A stretch of DNA of 64,000 nucleotides from NCBI GenBank assembly GCA_963697335.1, contig CAVONQ010000009.1:20413-84412 (forward strand), read 5' to 3'. The notes under the pieces are model-generated. The model had not been told where the DNA came from and made no database searches. It was given only the letters and a program-made list of their open reading frames with translations. The position numbers and the translations under genes are program-made. The stretch's first letter is position 1; each line of letters begins with the position of its first letter. Below are positions 50,731-60,900 of the stretch, one piece after another. The stretch comes from an uncultured cyanobacterium. Its GTDB lineage: Bacteria > Cyanobacteriota > Cyanobacteriia > PCC-6307 > Cyanobiaceae.

Positions 50731-51659
50731 GCGGCCTGCTGGCCCTGCTGGCCTACGTGGTGCTCAAGGGGCTTGAGGCCACGGTGGTACGCGCTCTGCA
50801 ACTGCAGGGCGCCGCCCATCCCATCGACGGCGCCAACCCGATCAGTGCCTGCAACCTCTTTTTCTTTGCCCTGGTGGTGGTGGGGGCCAGCAGTGTCGCC
50901 CTCGACCAGCGGGCCATCCGCCGCCAGTTGCACCGGCTGAGCCCAGGGCAACTGCGCTGGCTGGGGCTCGACATGCTGGCCGGGAGCTTGGTGGGGCCGT
51001 TCGGTAGCTACGTGGCGATCGAGGCCCTGGCGGTGATCGAGAAGACGCTGCTGTTCAGCCTGGTGCTGCCGGCTTCGGCGCTGCTCTCATTGCTGTGGCT
51101 GGGCGAACCGTTGCCGCGCCGCTTCTGGCTCACCAGCGCTCTGATTGCCACCGGCCTGGCCCTGGCTTCCCTGGGGTCGGGCACGCCGATGGTCAGCGGC
51201 CGCCTGGCTGGGCTGGGCTGGGGCCTGGTGGGGGTGGCCGGCTTCTCCTGCAGCGCCGTGACGGCCCGCCGGCTCGGCCGCGAGGGCCTGGGAATCGGGC
51301 TCACCACCGGCCTGCCCTCCCTGGTGGCGGCCCTGCTGTTTCTGGTGCTGGGGCTGGTGCTGTATGGGCCGGAGCACTTCATGCACCTGCAGCTCTGGTG
51401 GGTGGCGGGGGTGATCGGCCTCTACGCCATCACCCTGGTGCTGGGCAGCGAGTGGAGCCTGCGCCTCTGCTACCAGCACTTCACTGTGGCCCGGGTGGCG
51501 ATCGTGGGCTCCCTGACGATCGCGGTGGCGGTGCTGAGTGCGGCGGCCCTGCTGGGCGAGACCCTGGGGCTGCCGGTGTTGCTCGGCACCGGAGTGGTGG
51601 TGGGGGGCGTGATGCTGGCCAGTGGCAGCTGGCCGCCTCAACCCAGGCCACTGGAGTGA
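50727..51659 (+). CDS. EamA/DMT family transporter
   Basis: About 10 TM helices; WLGE and LLGE repeats; 4-nt overlap with upstream gene. Confidence 0.75.
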   Translation: MSGLLALLAYVVLKGLEATVVRALQLQGAAHPIDGANPISACNLFFFALVVVGASSVALDQRAIRRQLHRLSPGQLRWLGLDMLAGSLVGPFGSYVAIEALAVIEKTLLFSLVLPASALLSLLWLGEPLPRRFWLTSALIATGLALASLGSGTPMVSGRLAGLGWGLVGVAGFSCSAVTARRLGREGLGIGLTTGLPSLVAALLFLVLGLVLYGPEHFMHLQLWWVAGVIGLYAITLVLGSEWSLRLCYQHFTVARVAIVGSLTIAVAVLSAAALLGETLGLPVLLGTGVVVGGVMLASGSWPPQPRPLE

Positions 51660-51840
51660 TTTCGGGGTTTTGCGGCACGCCTGGCGCTGGCGCCGCCATC
51701 ATTGTGATCATCAGGGCTGATCAGTGTTTGATTGACCCATAAGAAAACTGCCGGTTAATGTTCCGTCACCAACTCCAGGGCGTTCGCCTCTCCGCCTCAG
51801 CGCGGGCTGCGGATGTTCCGTCAACTGAGCCCGTTGATTC

Positions 51841-52431
51841 ATGACCAGCAGTACCGCCCAGCTCCCCGCCGAACGACAACCCACCGCCGCCGTCAAGCCC
51901 ATCTCCCCTGCCCCACCACCCGTCGCCACGGAGCCCCCTGTTGCCCCGGAACCCCCGGTCAAACTGGCCTGGTATCAGCAGTTGCGCCGTGTCCAGATCG
52001 TGCAGTCGTTGGAGGCGGTTCAGGACCTGATCGCCATCACCCTGTGCGTGGGCATCTTCTGCGTGATGGTGCTGCAGATGAAGGTGCTGTTCTCCTCTTT
52101 GCTAGAGGAGCCCCAGTTCCATGCCATCACGGCGGACATCCTGTTCATCCTCATCCTGGTGGAATTATTCCGCCTGTTGATCATCTATCTGCAGGAGCAG
52201 CGGGTATCGATCGGAGTGTCAGTGGAGATTGCGATCGTGTCGGTGTTGCGAGAAGTGATCGTGAACGGCGTGCTGGAAACCGACTGGCACCAGATCCTGG
52301 CCGTGTGCCTGTTCCTGATCACCATGGCGGTGCTGCTCGTGGTGCGCGTCTGGCTGCCGCCCACCTTCGAAGGGGTGGATCCTGAGTCCAAGGTGTCGGC
52401 CCGGCTCAAGGCTGAACTCAGGGGTCACTGA
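51841..52431 (+). CDS. Phosphate-starvation-inducible PsiE family protein
   Basis: DILFILILVELFRLLIIYL...VEIAIVSVLREVI. Confidence 0.83.
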   Translation: MTSSTAQLPAERQPTAAVKPISPAPPPVATEPPVAPEPPVKLAWYQQLRRVQIVQSLEAVQDLIAITLCVGIFCVMVLQMKVLFSSLLEEPQFHAITADILFILILVELFRLLIIYLQEQRVSIGVSVEIAIVSVLREVIVNGVLETDWHQILAVCLFLITMAVLLVVRVWLPPTFEGVDPESKVSARLKAELRGH

Positions 52432-54664
52432 ACCCACCCCGCACCAGCACGGGCACCCGTTTGAAGGCCGGGGTGCCCGAGCGGGGGTCTACCAAGGCCT
52501 CCATCAGCACATTCACCTCCGGGTAGAACATCAGGGCCGCCCCTTCTCTAATCTCACCAGGAATGATCTCCACGGCCTCCAGGGCACCGGCCTCCCCCTG
52601 CACCGTGACCCGCTGGTGGGCTTCCAGGCCTGAACGGGCCAGGTCGCAGCGGTTCATCAGGATGGTGTTGCGGTGAGGCATGCCCCGGTAGGCATCGCCC
52701 GGTTTGTAGACCACCGTGTTGTGCTGGGAATAGCTGCGGGCGGTGATCAAGGCCAGCACCAGCCCCTTCTCGCGAGGGGCCAGGCCACCGAAGTGATCGG
52801 GCCCCGGTAACGACAGCGCCGGCAGGGGCGTGGGCTGCATCCGCGCCCGCCCTGAAGGCGTGGGGAAGTGGGGCTTGTCGAACACCCGCCCCTCCACGCT
52901 GAATTCCCGCTGACTGGAGTCGATGGCGGCGATCGGCCCGTAGCCCGGCACGGTGCGGCCGATCAGCTCGCGGATGTAAGCGGGATCCTGGAGGCGACCC
53001 CAGTCCACGGGTTCGCTGCCCATCAGCCGCCGGGCCAGCTCCGCCAGGAAACCCACCTCACTGATCAGATCGGCCTGCTTGAGGTGGGTGCTGCCGGGCT
53101 CATTGAGCCGCACGAAGTTGTTGCCGGATTCGGTGGTGGTGCGGTGCGGCGTCTCAAAACGGTTGAACACCGGCAGCAGCAGGGTGGTCTGGGCGGCGAG
53201 GCCATGGAAATGGCCCTGGTTTGGCTTGGTGGCCAGGTAGATCACGGTCTGGATGCGGGCCAGGGCGCGGCGGGCCTGCTGGGAATCGGGATTGGCGCCC
53301 CAGAGGTTGCCCCCGAGGCAGAGCAGGGTGTCCACGGCGCCGGTGTCGGCGGCCTCGATCAGGGCCCTGGTGTCGTAGCCGGGCACCCGGCTCAAGGGCC
53401 GGCCCAGCAGGGCTTCGAGGGCCTTTTGCATCTCGGCCCGCAGCTTCACCGTGACGCCCATCGAGCCGAAGCCCTGCACGTTCGAATGGCCCCGGATCGG
53501 CATCGTGCCTGCCCCGGGCCGGCCGGCATTGCCGCTCAGCAGGGCCGTGTTGGCGATCGCCTGCACGTTGGTCGTGCCGTTCACGTGGTGGGTGATGCCC
53601 ATCGCCCAGGCGAACACCACCCCTCGGGCTCGGCCGATCATGGCGGCGGCCTGCTCGATCTCCTCGCGGCTGAGGCCGCAGCAGGCGCAGATCGCCTCCC
53701 ACGAGGTGGCGCGGAGCGGCTCCACCACGGCTTGCCAGTTGTCGGTGTGGGCCTTGAGGAAGTCCCACTGGATCGAGCCGGCCTCCAGCAACGCCTTTTG
53801 GATGCCCAGGAACACAGCCGTGTCGCTGCCCGGCACTGGCTGCAGGAACAGCGAGGCGATCTCCGAACCCCGCAGCATCGACTTGATCGGAAAGGCGGGC
53901 GAGCCGAACTTGAGTAGGCCCACCTCCAGCACCGGGTTGATCACCAGCACCGTGCCGCCCCGCTCCCGCAGCCGGATCAGCTCGTTCATCAGCCGCGGGT
54001 GGTTGGCCGGTGCGTTCGAGCCCACCAGCACTACGCAGTCGGCCTGCTGCAGGCTCTCCAGGCTCACCATCGAGGTGCCCGAACCGAACACCTCGGCCAG
54101 CCCCACGGTGGAGGGGGCGTGGCAGAGGTCGGAGCAGTCGGCCAGGTTGTTGGAGCCCCAGGCCCGCAGCAGCAGCTGCAGCAGGTAGGCGGCCTCGTTG
54201 GAGGAGCGGCCGGAGCTGTAGGAGGCCACCCGTTCCGGCGGGCGGCGGAAGGCGTCCTCCGCCAGCTCGAATACGTCGTCCCAGCCGAGCCGCTCGTAGT
54301 GGCTGTGGCCCTGCCGCAGGATCAACGGGTGGCTGAGGCGGCCGAGCCGATCGGCCTCCAGGGAACTGAGCTGTTGCAGCTCGCCGATGCTGCGGCCCGA
54401 GAAGACCGACTGCGGCACCGCCGGCTGCAGCTCGGCGCTGATCGCCTCCACGCTCTTGAGGCAGCGCTGCAGGGGCTCGCCCAGCTCGTCGCGGAAGCCG
54501 CCGTTCTGGCCGCCGGTGCCCCAGGCGCAGGAGAGACAGGCGCTCTTGTGCAGCAGCGTCTTCCAGAGCAGGGGACCCTTTGGCGAGAGGCTGGCCCTGG
54601 CCCAGCCGTCGATCACCGGCCAACCGCCGCCGACGCTGGGGGTCCCGGGCTCGTCTGTCGTCAC
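52418..54664 (-). CDS. FdhF/YdeP family molybdopterin oxidoreductase
   Basis: GGGWP; CLSCAW; YSSGRSSNE; DCSDLCH; PIRGHSNVQG; TARSYSQHNT; SGTPAFK. Confidence 0.87.
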   Translation of the reverse strand: MTTDEPGTPSVGGGWPVIDGWARASLSPKGPLLWKTLLHKSACLSCAWGTGGQNGGFRDELGEPLQRCLKSVEAISAELQPAVPQSVFSGRSIGELQQLSSLEADRLGRLSHPLILRQGHSHYERLGWDDVFELAEDAFRRPPERVASYSSGRSSNEAAYLLQLLLRAWGSNNLADCSDLCHAPSTVGLAEVFGSGTSMVSLESLQQADCVVLVGSNAPANHPRLMNELIRLRERGGTVLVINPVLEVGLLKFGSPAFPIKSMLRGSEIASLFLQPVPGSDTAVFLGIQKALLEAGSIQWDFLKAHTDNWQAVVEPLRATSWEAICACCGLSREEIEQAAAMIGRARGVVFAWAMGITHHVNGTTNVQAIANTALLSGNAGRPGAGTMPIRGHSNVQGFGSMGVTVKLRAEMQKALEALLGRPLSRVPGYDTRALIEAADTGAVDTLLCLGGNLWGANPDSQQARRALARIQTVIYLATKPNQGHFHGLAAQTTLLLPVFNRFETPHRTTTESGNNFVRLNEPGSTHLKQADLISEVGFLAELARRLMGSEPVDWGRLQDPAYIRELIGRTVPGYGPIAAIDSSQREFSVEGRVFDKPHFPTPSGRARMQPTPLPALSLPGPDHFGGLAPREKGLVLALITARSYSQHNTVVYKPGDAYRGMPHRNTILMNRCDLARSGLEAHQRVTVQGEAGALEAVEIIPGEIREGAALMFYPEVNVLMEALVDPRSGTPAFKRVPVLVRGGFSDP

Positions 54665-54863
54665 GACATTGCCTCTGGCGCCAATGGGTTCAGCATGGCT
54701 CGGCCCGCCGCTGCCAGGCCGGCCCTGTCGCTGTCGGAACCTCCAGCGGGTTGGATCGACACATCTGGTGCGGGTCCAGCCGCAAGCCGATCCCCCCAAT
54801 TCCGCCGCCGGCGTTGTTCATCAGTCGCCCCAACGGCATGATCGCCGTGCCCTCCCCAAGCCG

Positions 54864-56156
54864 ATGACCGGCCCTCGCCCCTCCCCTGCCCAGAGCCTGC
54901 GCGCTGCGCTGGCCTGGTCGCTGACTCTTCTGCTGGCGGGGGGTGTGATCGGCTTGGTGGAGCTTCCTTACCAGTGGCTCTCGGAGCTGGGTTTTCGTTT
55001 GCAGCAGCTCTGGAGTGGGGGAGGACTGGCTCAGCGGCCCTGGTTGCTGTTGTTCCCGCTTTTGGGCACAAGTCTGTTCCTGGCCCTGGGCTGGGGGCCG
55101 CTGGCGGCCGGCCGGGGCGGCGGCATCACCGGCGTGCTGGTGCTGCAGGACGTTGGCGGGGAGGAGGAGCGCCAAAGGGCCAGCGCCAGCCTCGATCTGA
55201 AGCATCAGCTGGCGCGCCTGCCACTGGTGGCCCTCACCCATCTGGCCGGCCTCAGCGTGGGAACGGAATCGCCGTCGGCGGCTCTGGGGGCCTCGACGCT
55301 GCTGGCGCTGCGCCAGCGCTTGCCCGTGCTGCGCCAGGTGCCCCTGGCCATGCTGGCCGCCATCGGCGGCGGCGCCGGCCTCGGGGCGGCCTTCCGCTCG
55401 CCGCTGCTGGGGGCCGCCTATGCCCTGGAGGAACTCAGCGCCGTGCATGGCCTGCCGCTGATGGTGCCCACCTTGATCCTCGCGGGCATCGGCGGCGCGC
55501 TCAACTCGCGGCTGGGCCAGCCGGCCCGGCTGGCAGAGGGCCTGGGGGCGGCGCTGGAGTTGCGCCTGCTGCCGCTGGCCCTGCTGATCACGGTGGTCGC
55601 GGCGCTGCTGGGGGTGCTGCTGGTGCGGCTGCTGATTCCCCTGGCGGGTGCACTGGCCCAGCGGCTTCGCAGCCGCTCCGCCTGGCTCAGCGGCCTTGGC
55701 CTCGTGCTGGGCCTGGCGCTGCTGGCCGTGCTCAGTGGTGGCCTCAGCCTCAACGACGGCTCTCTGGTGCTGGGTCCGGCCCTGGCCGGTACCCCCACAA
55801 CCGCCTGGTGGGGTGCCCTGCCACGGCTGCTGGGTCCGCTGCTGAGCATCGCCATCGGTGCTCCAGGAGGGCTGATGCACGATTCGATGACCCTCGGGGC
55901 TGTGCTGGTGACGCCTTGGCTGGGCGGGCTGCCGCCGCAGCAGCAGGCGGCCCTGGCCGGGGTGGCGGCGGCCGCCTTGTTCAGCGGCGCCTGCCGCACA
56001 CCGCTCTTCTGCGGCCTGTTTGTATTCACCCTCCAGGGCAACGGGGCCCTGCTGCCCTGGCTGCTCACGGCCTCAGCGACTGCCGCAGCCCTGGGCCGCT
56101 GGCTGGGTGGCCCCAGCTGGAACGAAGCGCAGACGGAGGCCTTCCGGGCTCTCTGA
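54864..56156 (+). CDS. ClC-family chloride channel/transporter, divergent
   Basis: GRGGGIT, SVGTESP, GAGLGAAFRSPLLG...LEE and APGG motifs. Confidence 0.75.
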   Translation: MTGPRPSPAQSLRAALAWSLTLLLAGGVIGLVELPYQWLSELGFRLQQLWSGGGLAQRPWLLLFPLLGTSLFLALGWGPLAAGRGGGITGVLVLQDVGGEEERQRASASLDLKHQLARLPLVALTHLAGLSVGTESPSAALGASTLLALRQRLPVLRQVPLAMLAAIGGGAGLGAAFRSPLLGAAYALEELSAVHGLPLMVPTLILAGIGGALNSRLGQPARLAEGLGAALELRLLPLALLITVVAALLGVLLVRLLIPLAGALAQRLRSRSAWLSGLGLVLGLALLAVLSGGLSLNDGSLVLGPALAGTPTTAWWGALPRLLGPLLSIAIGAPGGLMHDSMTLGAVLVTPWLGGLPPQQQAALAGVAAAALFSGACRTPLFCGLFVFTLQGNGALLPWLLTASATAAALGRWLGGPSWNEAQTEAFRAL

Positions 56157-56350
56157 AACAACAGGTTCTGACTGTGGCGCTTCAGCCCTGCGGGGGGAGG
56201 CTGGGGGGCGTCGAGACCTGCTCAGGCGATGGGCACCAGCACCCGGGCAAAGCCCAGGGCCAGCCCGATCTGACGCAGGGGCAGGCCCAGCACGGTGGAG
56301 GCCAGCTCGATGGCAAGGGTGAGGATCACGGCGTCGCGGACGGGCGGGGA

Positions 56351-56593
56351 TTAGAAGCAGAAGGGCAGCAGGTTGGTCCTGCAGGCTGCGTAGCCATCAA
56401 CGAGGGCACCGAGGCCGATCTGGTGGGCGATACCGAAGCCGGTGAGCCCTTCCACCACCACGCCGATCACGAGGCCGACCATGGCGGCCCGGCCGTTGAA
56501 GCGCTCGGCGTTCTGGAGTTGGGCGAGGTGCCGTTGCTGCAGCTCCTGGCTGTCAACGGGTCCGGAACGCTGGGCTGCGGAACTGGAAGTCAT
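56351..56593 (-). CDS. hli: High-light-inducible protein (HLIP)
   Basis: AERFNGRAAMVG chlorophyll-binding motif. Confidence 0.87.
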   Translation of the reverse strand: MTSSSAAQRSGPVDSQELQQRHLAQLQNAERFNGRAAMVGLVIGVVVEGLTGFGIAHQIGLGALVDGYAACRTNLLPFCF

Positions 56594-56598
56594 GGCGG

Positions 56599-56626
56599 TT
56601 TGTGAAGCAATGCAACGAAACGTAAC
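56599..56626 (-). promoter_or_regulatory. Triple HLR1-like (RpaB) repeat upstream of hli
   Basis: Minus strand GTTACGTT-TC-GTTGCATT-GC-TTCACAAA with 10-bp period. Confidence 0.55.
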
Positions 56627-56686
56627 ACGGCGTTCTCATGGCGGCCTGGGCGAGTCCGGTACGGTCTGGCCAGAGGCGGCACCCCG

Positions 56687-57658
56687 ATGGGCCTGTTGGT
56701 GGAGGGTGTGTGGCACGACCAGTGGTACGACACAAGCCAGAGCGGCGGGCGCTTTGAGCGCTCCCGTGCGGCGTTCCGCCACTGGATCACCCCCGATGGC
56801 CAGGCCGGCACCACCGGCCAGGCTGGCTTTCGGGCCGAGCCAGGCCGCTACCACCTCTATGTGTCTCTGGCCTGCCCCTGGGCCCACCGCACCCTGATCG
56901 TCAGAGCCCTCAAGGGTCTCGACACGCTCATCCCGGTGTCGGTGGTGCACTGGTTCATGGGGGAGCAGGGCTGGACCTTCAGTCCAGGTGACGGTGTGGT
57001 GGGCGATCCGAATGAGGGGGCCCAGGTGCTGCATCAGCTCTACACGCTGGCCGATCCCAACTACAGCGGCAGGGTCACAGTTCCCGTTCTGTGAGACAAG
57101 CGCCAGCGCACGATCGTGAGCAATGAATCATCCGACATCATCCGGATGTTCAACACCGTCTTTGATCGGATCGGGGCCCTGCCGGGTGACTTTTATCCCC
57201 AGTCACTCCGGCGGGAGATTGATGCGATCAATGATCAGGTGTATCAACATGTGAACAACGGTGTGTATCGCTGTGGCTTCGCTACTACCCAGGAGGCCTA
57301 TGAAGAAGCCCTCCAGCCCCTGTTTGCCCTGCTGGATCAGCTGGAGCAACGCCTCTCAGGCCAGCGCTATCTCGTGGGCGATGGGATCACAGAGGCGGAC
57401 TGGCGCCTGTTCACCACCTTGCTGCGTTTTGATCCGGTGTATGTGGGCCATTTCAAGTGCAATCTGAGGCGGCTGGTGGACTACCCCAAGCTCTGGGCCT
57501 ACACCCGTGAGCTCTATCAAGTGCCCGGGGTGGCCGAAACGGTGGATTTCAATCACATCAAGCGCCACTATTACCAGAGCCACGCCACCATCAACCCCAC
57601 CGGTGTGGTGCCCCTTGGGCCCCACCTGGATTGGCTGGAGCCCCACGGGCGCGGCTAG
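56687..57658 (+). pseudogene. yqjG: Glutathionyl-hydroquinone reductase (YqjG/GST Xi class) split by in-frame TGA
   Basis: YVSLACPWAHR; RVTVPVL*DK (normally VLWDK); SNESSDIIRM and FKCN continue in the same frame; stop at 57092-57094. Confidence 0.85.
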
Positions 57659-58428
57659 GTCCCTGCGGTTCCCCTGGCCTGAAGCCGCTGGGCGTAACTG
57701 CCATCCTCGGTACCGAACACCCTGTCCCACAGGGTGAAGTAGAGCCCGTAATGCAGTCCCTGGCGGCGGTGGTGGATCGAGTGGTGGGCCGGGCCGATCA
57801 GCCAATGCCCCAGCCAGTGGTGCGGAAAGCGCAATGGCAGGTGATCAAGGCCTAGGTGGTTCACGATCGCCCAGATGGTCATGGTGGTGAGCACCGCCAG
57901 CAGGGTCACCGGGTGCAGGGGTAGCAACATCACCACCGCCACCAGAAACAGCGCCTGCACGGCCGCCTCCAGTGGGTCAAAGGCAAAGGAGGTCCAGGGG
58001 GTGGGTTGGCGGCTGCGGTGATGGCCCTGGTGGAACCACGGGTAAAGGGCGTGGTGATGGAAGAGCCGGTGGGTGGCGTAGAAGAAGCCGTCCTGCAGGA
58101 TCAGCACGGCGCAATAGCTGAGGCCTAGATACCACCAGCCGTATTGCTGCGGCTGGCTGTACAGGCGCGTCAGCCCCATGCTCTGGAGTGTGATCAATCC
58201 CGCCGTGGCCAGGGCAAACACAACGGCGGAGAGCACAGAAAGGTAGATGTCGCGGCGGATGCCATCGCCGAGCTGGTCGGATCGCGCGTAGAGCAGCCAC
58301 CAGGAGACGCCGGCCATCACGAAATAACGGACGAGAATGATGGCAAAAATGCTGAATCCGTAAAAGACCAGAGAATGATCAGCGAGTAGACTCGTGATGG
58401 CTCCTGTTTCGCTCTGTGGCATGGTCAT
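57655..58428 (-). CDS. Sterol desaturase / fatty acid hydroxylase family protein
   Basis: His boxes HRLFHH, HQGHH and HHSIHH; YGLYFTLWDRVFGT. Confidence 0.85.
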   Translation of the reverse strand: MTMPQSETGAITSLLADHSLVFYGFSIFAIILVRYFVMAGVSWWLLYARSDQLGDGIRRDIYLSVLSAVVFALATAGLITLQSMGLTRLYSQPQQYGWWYLGLSYCAVLILQDGFFYATHRLFHHHALYPWFHQGHHRSRQPTPWTSFAFDPLEAAVQALFLVAVVMLLPLHPVTLLAVLTTMTIWAIVNHLGLDHLPLRFPHHWLGHWLIGPAHHSIHHRRQGLHYGLYFTLWDRVFGTEDGSYAQRLQARGTAGT

Positions 58429-59365
58429 CGTTTCCTATCTCTGCTTCTTCGTGCCATCTTCATCCTAGGTGGGTTTTCAGTTTTTGAGTTGTCCTTCGAC
58501 CACTGAGGCACAGGTGTCTTTCGGCTCAATGTCCGGCTGGTGTTGAGCCGATCCTGACCTCCACGAAGCCGTTGTAGGATGGCATCAATGGCCCCGTACG
58601 GTTTCCGCTCTGCTGCCGATCGCCTTTTAGGGCCTCTCGATGGCAGCGCGGGGGTGGCTTCGTCCCCAGCTTTGGTTGAGCCGGGCCGGGTTCAGTTGCA
58701 GTTGCTCATGTCGATGCAGGCAATCTTCTCGTACCGCCCGTTCGTGGTCTGCACGCCGACGCAGTTCCCGGTGCCCGACTGCTGATAGAAGCTGAAGGAT
58801 ACTGTCAATTCCCTTGACGCCACCACTGAAGGAATAGCCCTTTGAGAGAAGACGGCGTTCGCCGTTGGACCGCTTCTCTTTGTTGGAGTCGTCGTAAAAC
58901 GTGGCGTCAGAGTGCTGCACAGTCTCGAGCCTGACCCATAGTCGTCGAGGCTCTTCGTCGTTCCAGATGAACACTCCATGATCATCTGAATTTCTATGGC
59001 GTATGGTTGAATTCACGAGTGGGTCTGCACCTGTTGTAGGCCCTGGTGATTGGATCCCCGCAAGGCAAACGTGGTGCCATCATCGGCTACATCACATGGG
59101 CATCATTGCCGCTGGCCTGCTTTTGCTTGAAGCTGCAATGACCATCGATGTTTGCTGATTAGGGAGGCAGGAATGGCGCGGAGCAGCCTGATCAGGCTGC
59201 CGACATCTCCAAAGTACCGGTGGCAGGCCGAGCGGGGACCAGCGCGATCTGCCCGCTGTGGAGGGCACCTCAGGTCCAGGGGGCTGGTCGGTGCATCGAT
59301 CCCGCCCAAGTGCCTGTAGGCCCTGCCGGGTCCGAGCAGACTGGGCTCTGAATCCGCCCTCGGCC

Positions 59366-60019
59366 GTGGACAGCACCCTGGTACTGCGCGCCGAGGGGCT
59401 CCAGCGTCAGTTGGGCGATCGACGGCTCTGGAGCCAGCTGGATCTGGAGCTGGCCGCCGGCGAGCGCCTGGGGCTGCTGGGGCCTTCCGGGGCAGGCAAG
59501 ACCCTGTTGCTGCGATCGATGGCCCTGCTGGATCCGCTCCAGGCAGGCTCGATTCGCCTGCAGGGGCGATCGCCTCTGTCCTGGGGGCTACCCCGCTGGC
59601 GTTCGCTGGTGCTCTACCTCGCCCAGCGGCCCGTCGCCCACGGGGGCACGGTGGAGGCCAACCTGCGCAGCCCCTGGCGTTTTCAGGAGCGGCGGCGCCA
59701 GGCTGGCTGGCGACCCGGACGCATCACGTCATGGTTGGCGGCCCTGGGCCGCGATCCATCCTTTCTGAGCTACGACGCCGAGAGGCTCTCCGGTGGAGAG
59801 CTGCAGCTGATGGCCCTGCTGCGGGCCCTGCAATTCGACCCCACCGTGCTGCTGCTGGATGAACCCACGGCCTCCCTCGATGGCGCCACCACCACGGCCG
59901 TCGAGACCCTGCTGATCAGCTGGCTGGCCGCAGACCCCCCCCGGGCGGTGGTGTTCACCAGCCATGACGGCGACCAGATCCAGCGCCTGGCAACGCGCAC
60001 CCAGGAGCTGCAGCCATGA
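59366..60019 (+). CDS. ABC ATP-binding protein (FetA/YbbL-like); start uncertain
   Basis: GPSGAGKT; LSGGE; LLLDEPTASLD; ATGA overlap with permease. Confidence 0.82.
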   Translation: MDSTLVLRAEGLQRQLGDRRLWSQLDLELAAGERLGLLGPSGAGKTLLLRSMALLDPLQAGSIRLQGRSPLSWGLPRWRSLVLYLAQRPVAHGGTVEANLRSPWRFQERRRQAGWRPGRITSWLAALGRDPSFLSYDAERLSGGELQLMALLRALQFDPTVLLLDEPTASLDGATTTAVETLLISWLAADPPRAVVFTSHDGDQIQRLATRTQELQP

Positions 60020-60900
60020 CCCCATCGGATCCTGGGGCCCTGACGATCAGCGATGGCCGGCTGGCGCTGTCCGCCCTGTTGATTTTGGTGAATGTGGGGC
60101 TGTCACTGGCGCTGCGCCTCGGCCTGGCCCGCAGCCTGCTGGTGGCCTCCGTGCGGATGGTGGTGCAGCTGCTGCTGGTGGGCTCGGTGCTCGAGTGGCT
60201 GTTCCGCCAGGACAACGCCCCGCTGATCGTGCTGCTGGGGGCGGCGATGGCCATGATCGCCGGGATCTCGGCGGTGCAGCGCACCCGGCGACGGTTCGTG
60301 GGGATCTATCTCAACAGTTTGCTGTCTGTGCTGGCTGCCTCAGCCCTGGTCACTGGTCTGGCGGTGGCGGGCCTGATTCAGCCCCAGCCCTGGTACAACC
60401 CCCAGTATCTGATTCCTTTGCTGGGCATGGTGCTGGGCAACACGCTCAACGGCATCTCCCTCGGACTCGATCGCTTTATGGAGGGCCTGGGCACCGGACG
60501 CGATCAGGTGGAAACAGCCCTGGCCCTTGGTGCCACGCGCTGGGAGGCCTGTCAGGAGGTGGTGCGCGACGCGATCCGTGTGGCGATGATTCCCACGATC
60601 AACGCGATGATGGTGATGGGTCTGGTGAGCCTGCCGGGGATGATGACCGGCCAGATTCTCCAGGGAGCGGCGCCGGCAGCGGCCGTCCGCTATCAGATTG
60701 TGATCCTGTTCATGGTTGCTTCAGCCACGGCCCTGGGCGTGTTCGGCGTTGTCGCCCTGGCCTATGGGCGGCTCACCAGCGCTGACCACCAATTGCGCCT
60801 CGACCGGTTGGTGACGGTGGGCGAGCAGGAGGCAATGGCGGCGGGTGGATTCTGGCCCTGGAGTCTCGGTCGAGTCAGCCCGGCCACAAAAAAGTATTGA
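60016..60900 (+). CDS. fetB: UPF0014 ABC permease (FetB/YbbM-like)
   Basis: RMVVQL; IPLLGMVLGN; GLVSLPGMMTGQIL; AVRYQI. Confidence 0.85.
   Translation: MTPSDPGALTISDGRLALSALLILVNVGLSLALRLGLARSLLVASVRMVVQLLLVGSVLEWLFRQDNAPLIVLLGAAMAMIAGISAVQRTRRRFVGIYLNSLLSVLAASALVTGLAVAGLIQPQPWYNPQYLIPLLGMVLGNTLNGISLGLDRFMEGLGTGRDQVETALALGATRWEACQEVVRDAIRVAMIPTINAMMVMGLVSLPGMMTGQILQGAAPAAAVRYQIVILFMVASATALGVFGVVALAYGRLTSADHQLRLDRLVTVGEQEAMAAGGFWPWSLGRVSPATKKY

Noticed and set aside
51738..51761. Pho box upstream of psiE
   Set aside because: Candidate half-sites are 16 bp apart, not the 11-bp period
56160..56345. Hydrophobic minus-strand fragment after hli (VILTLAIELASTVLG...)
   Set aside because: Too short to assign; may be a membrane-gene remnant but is unsupported
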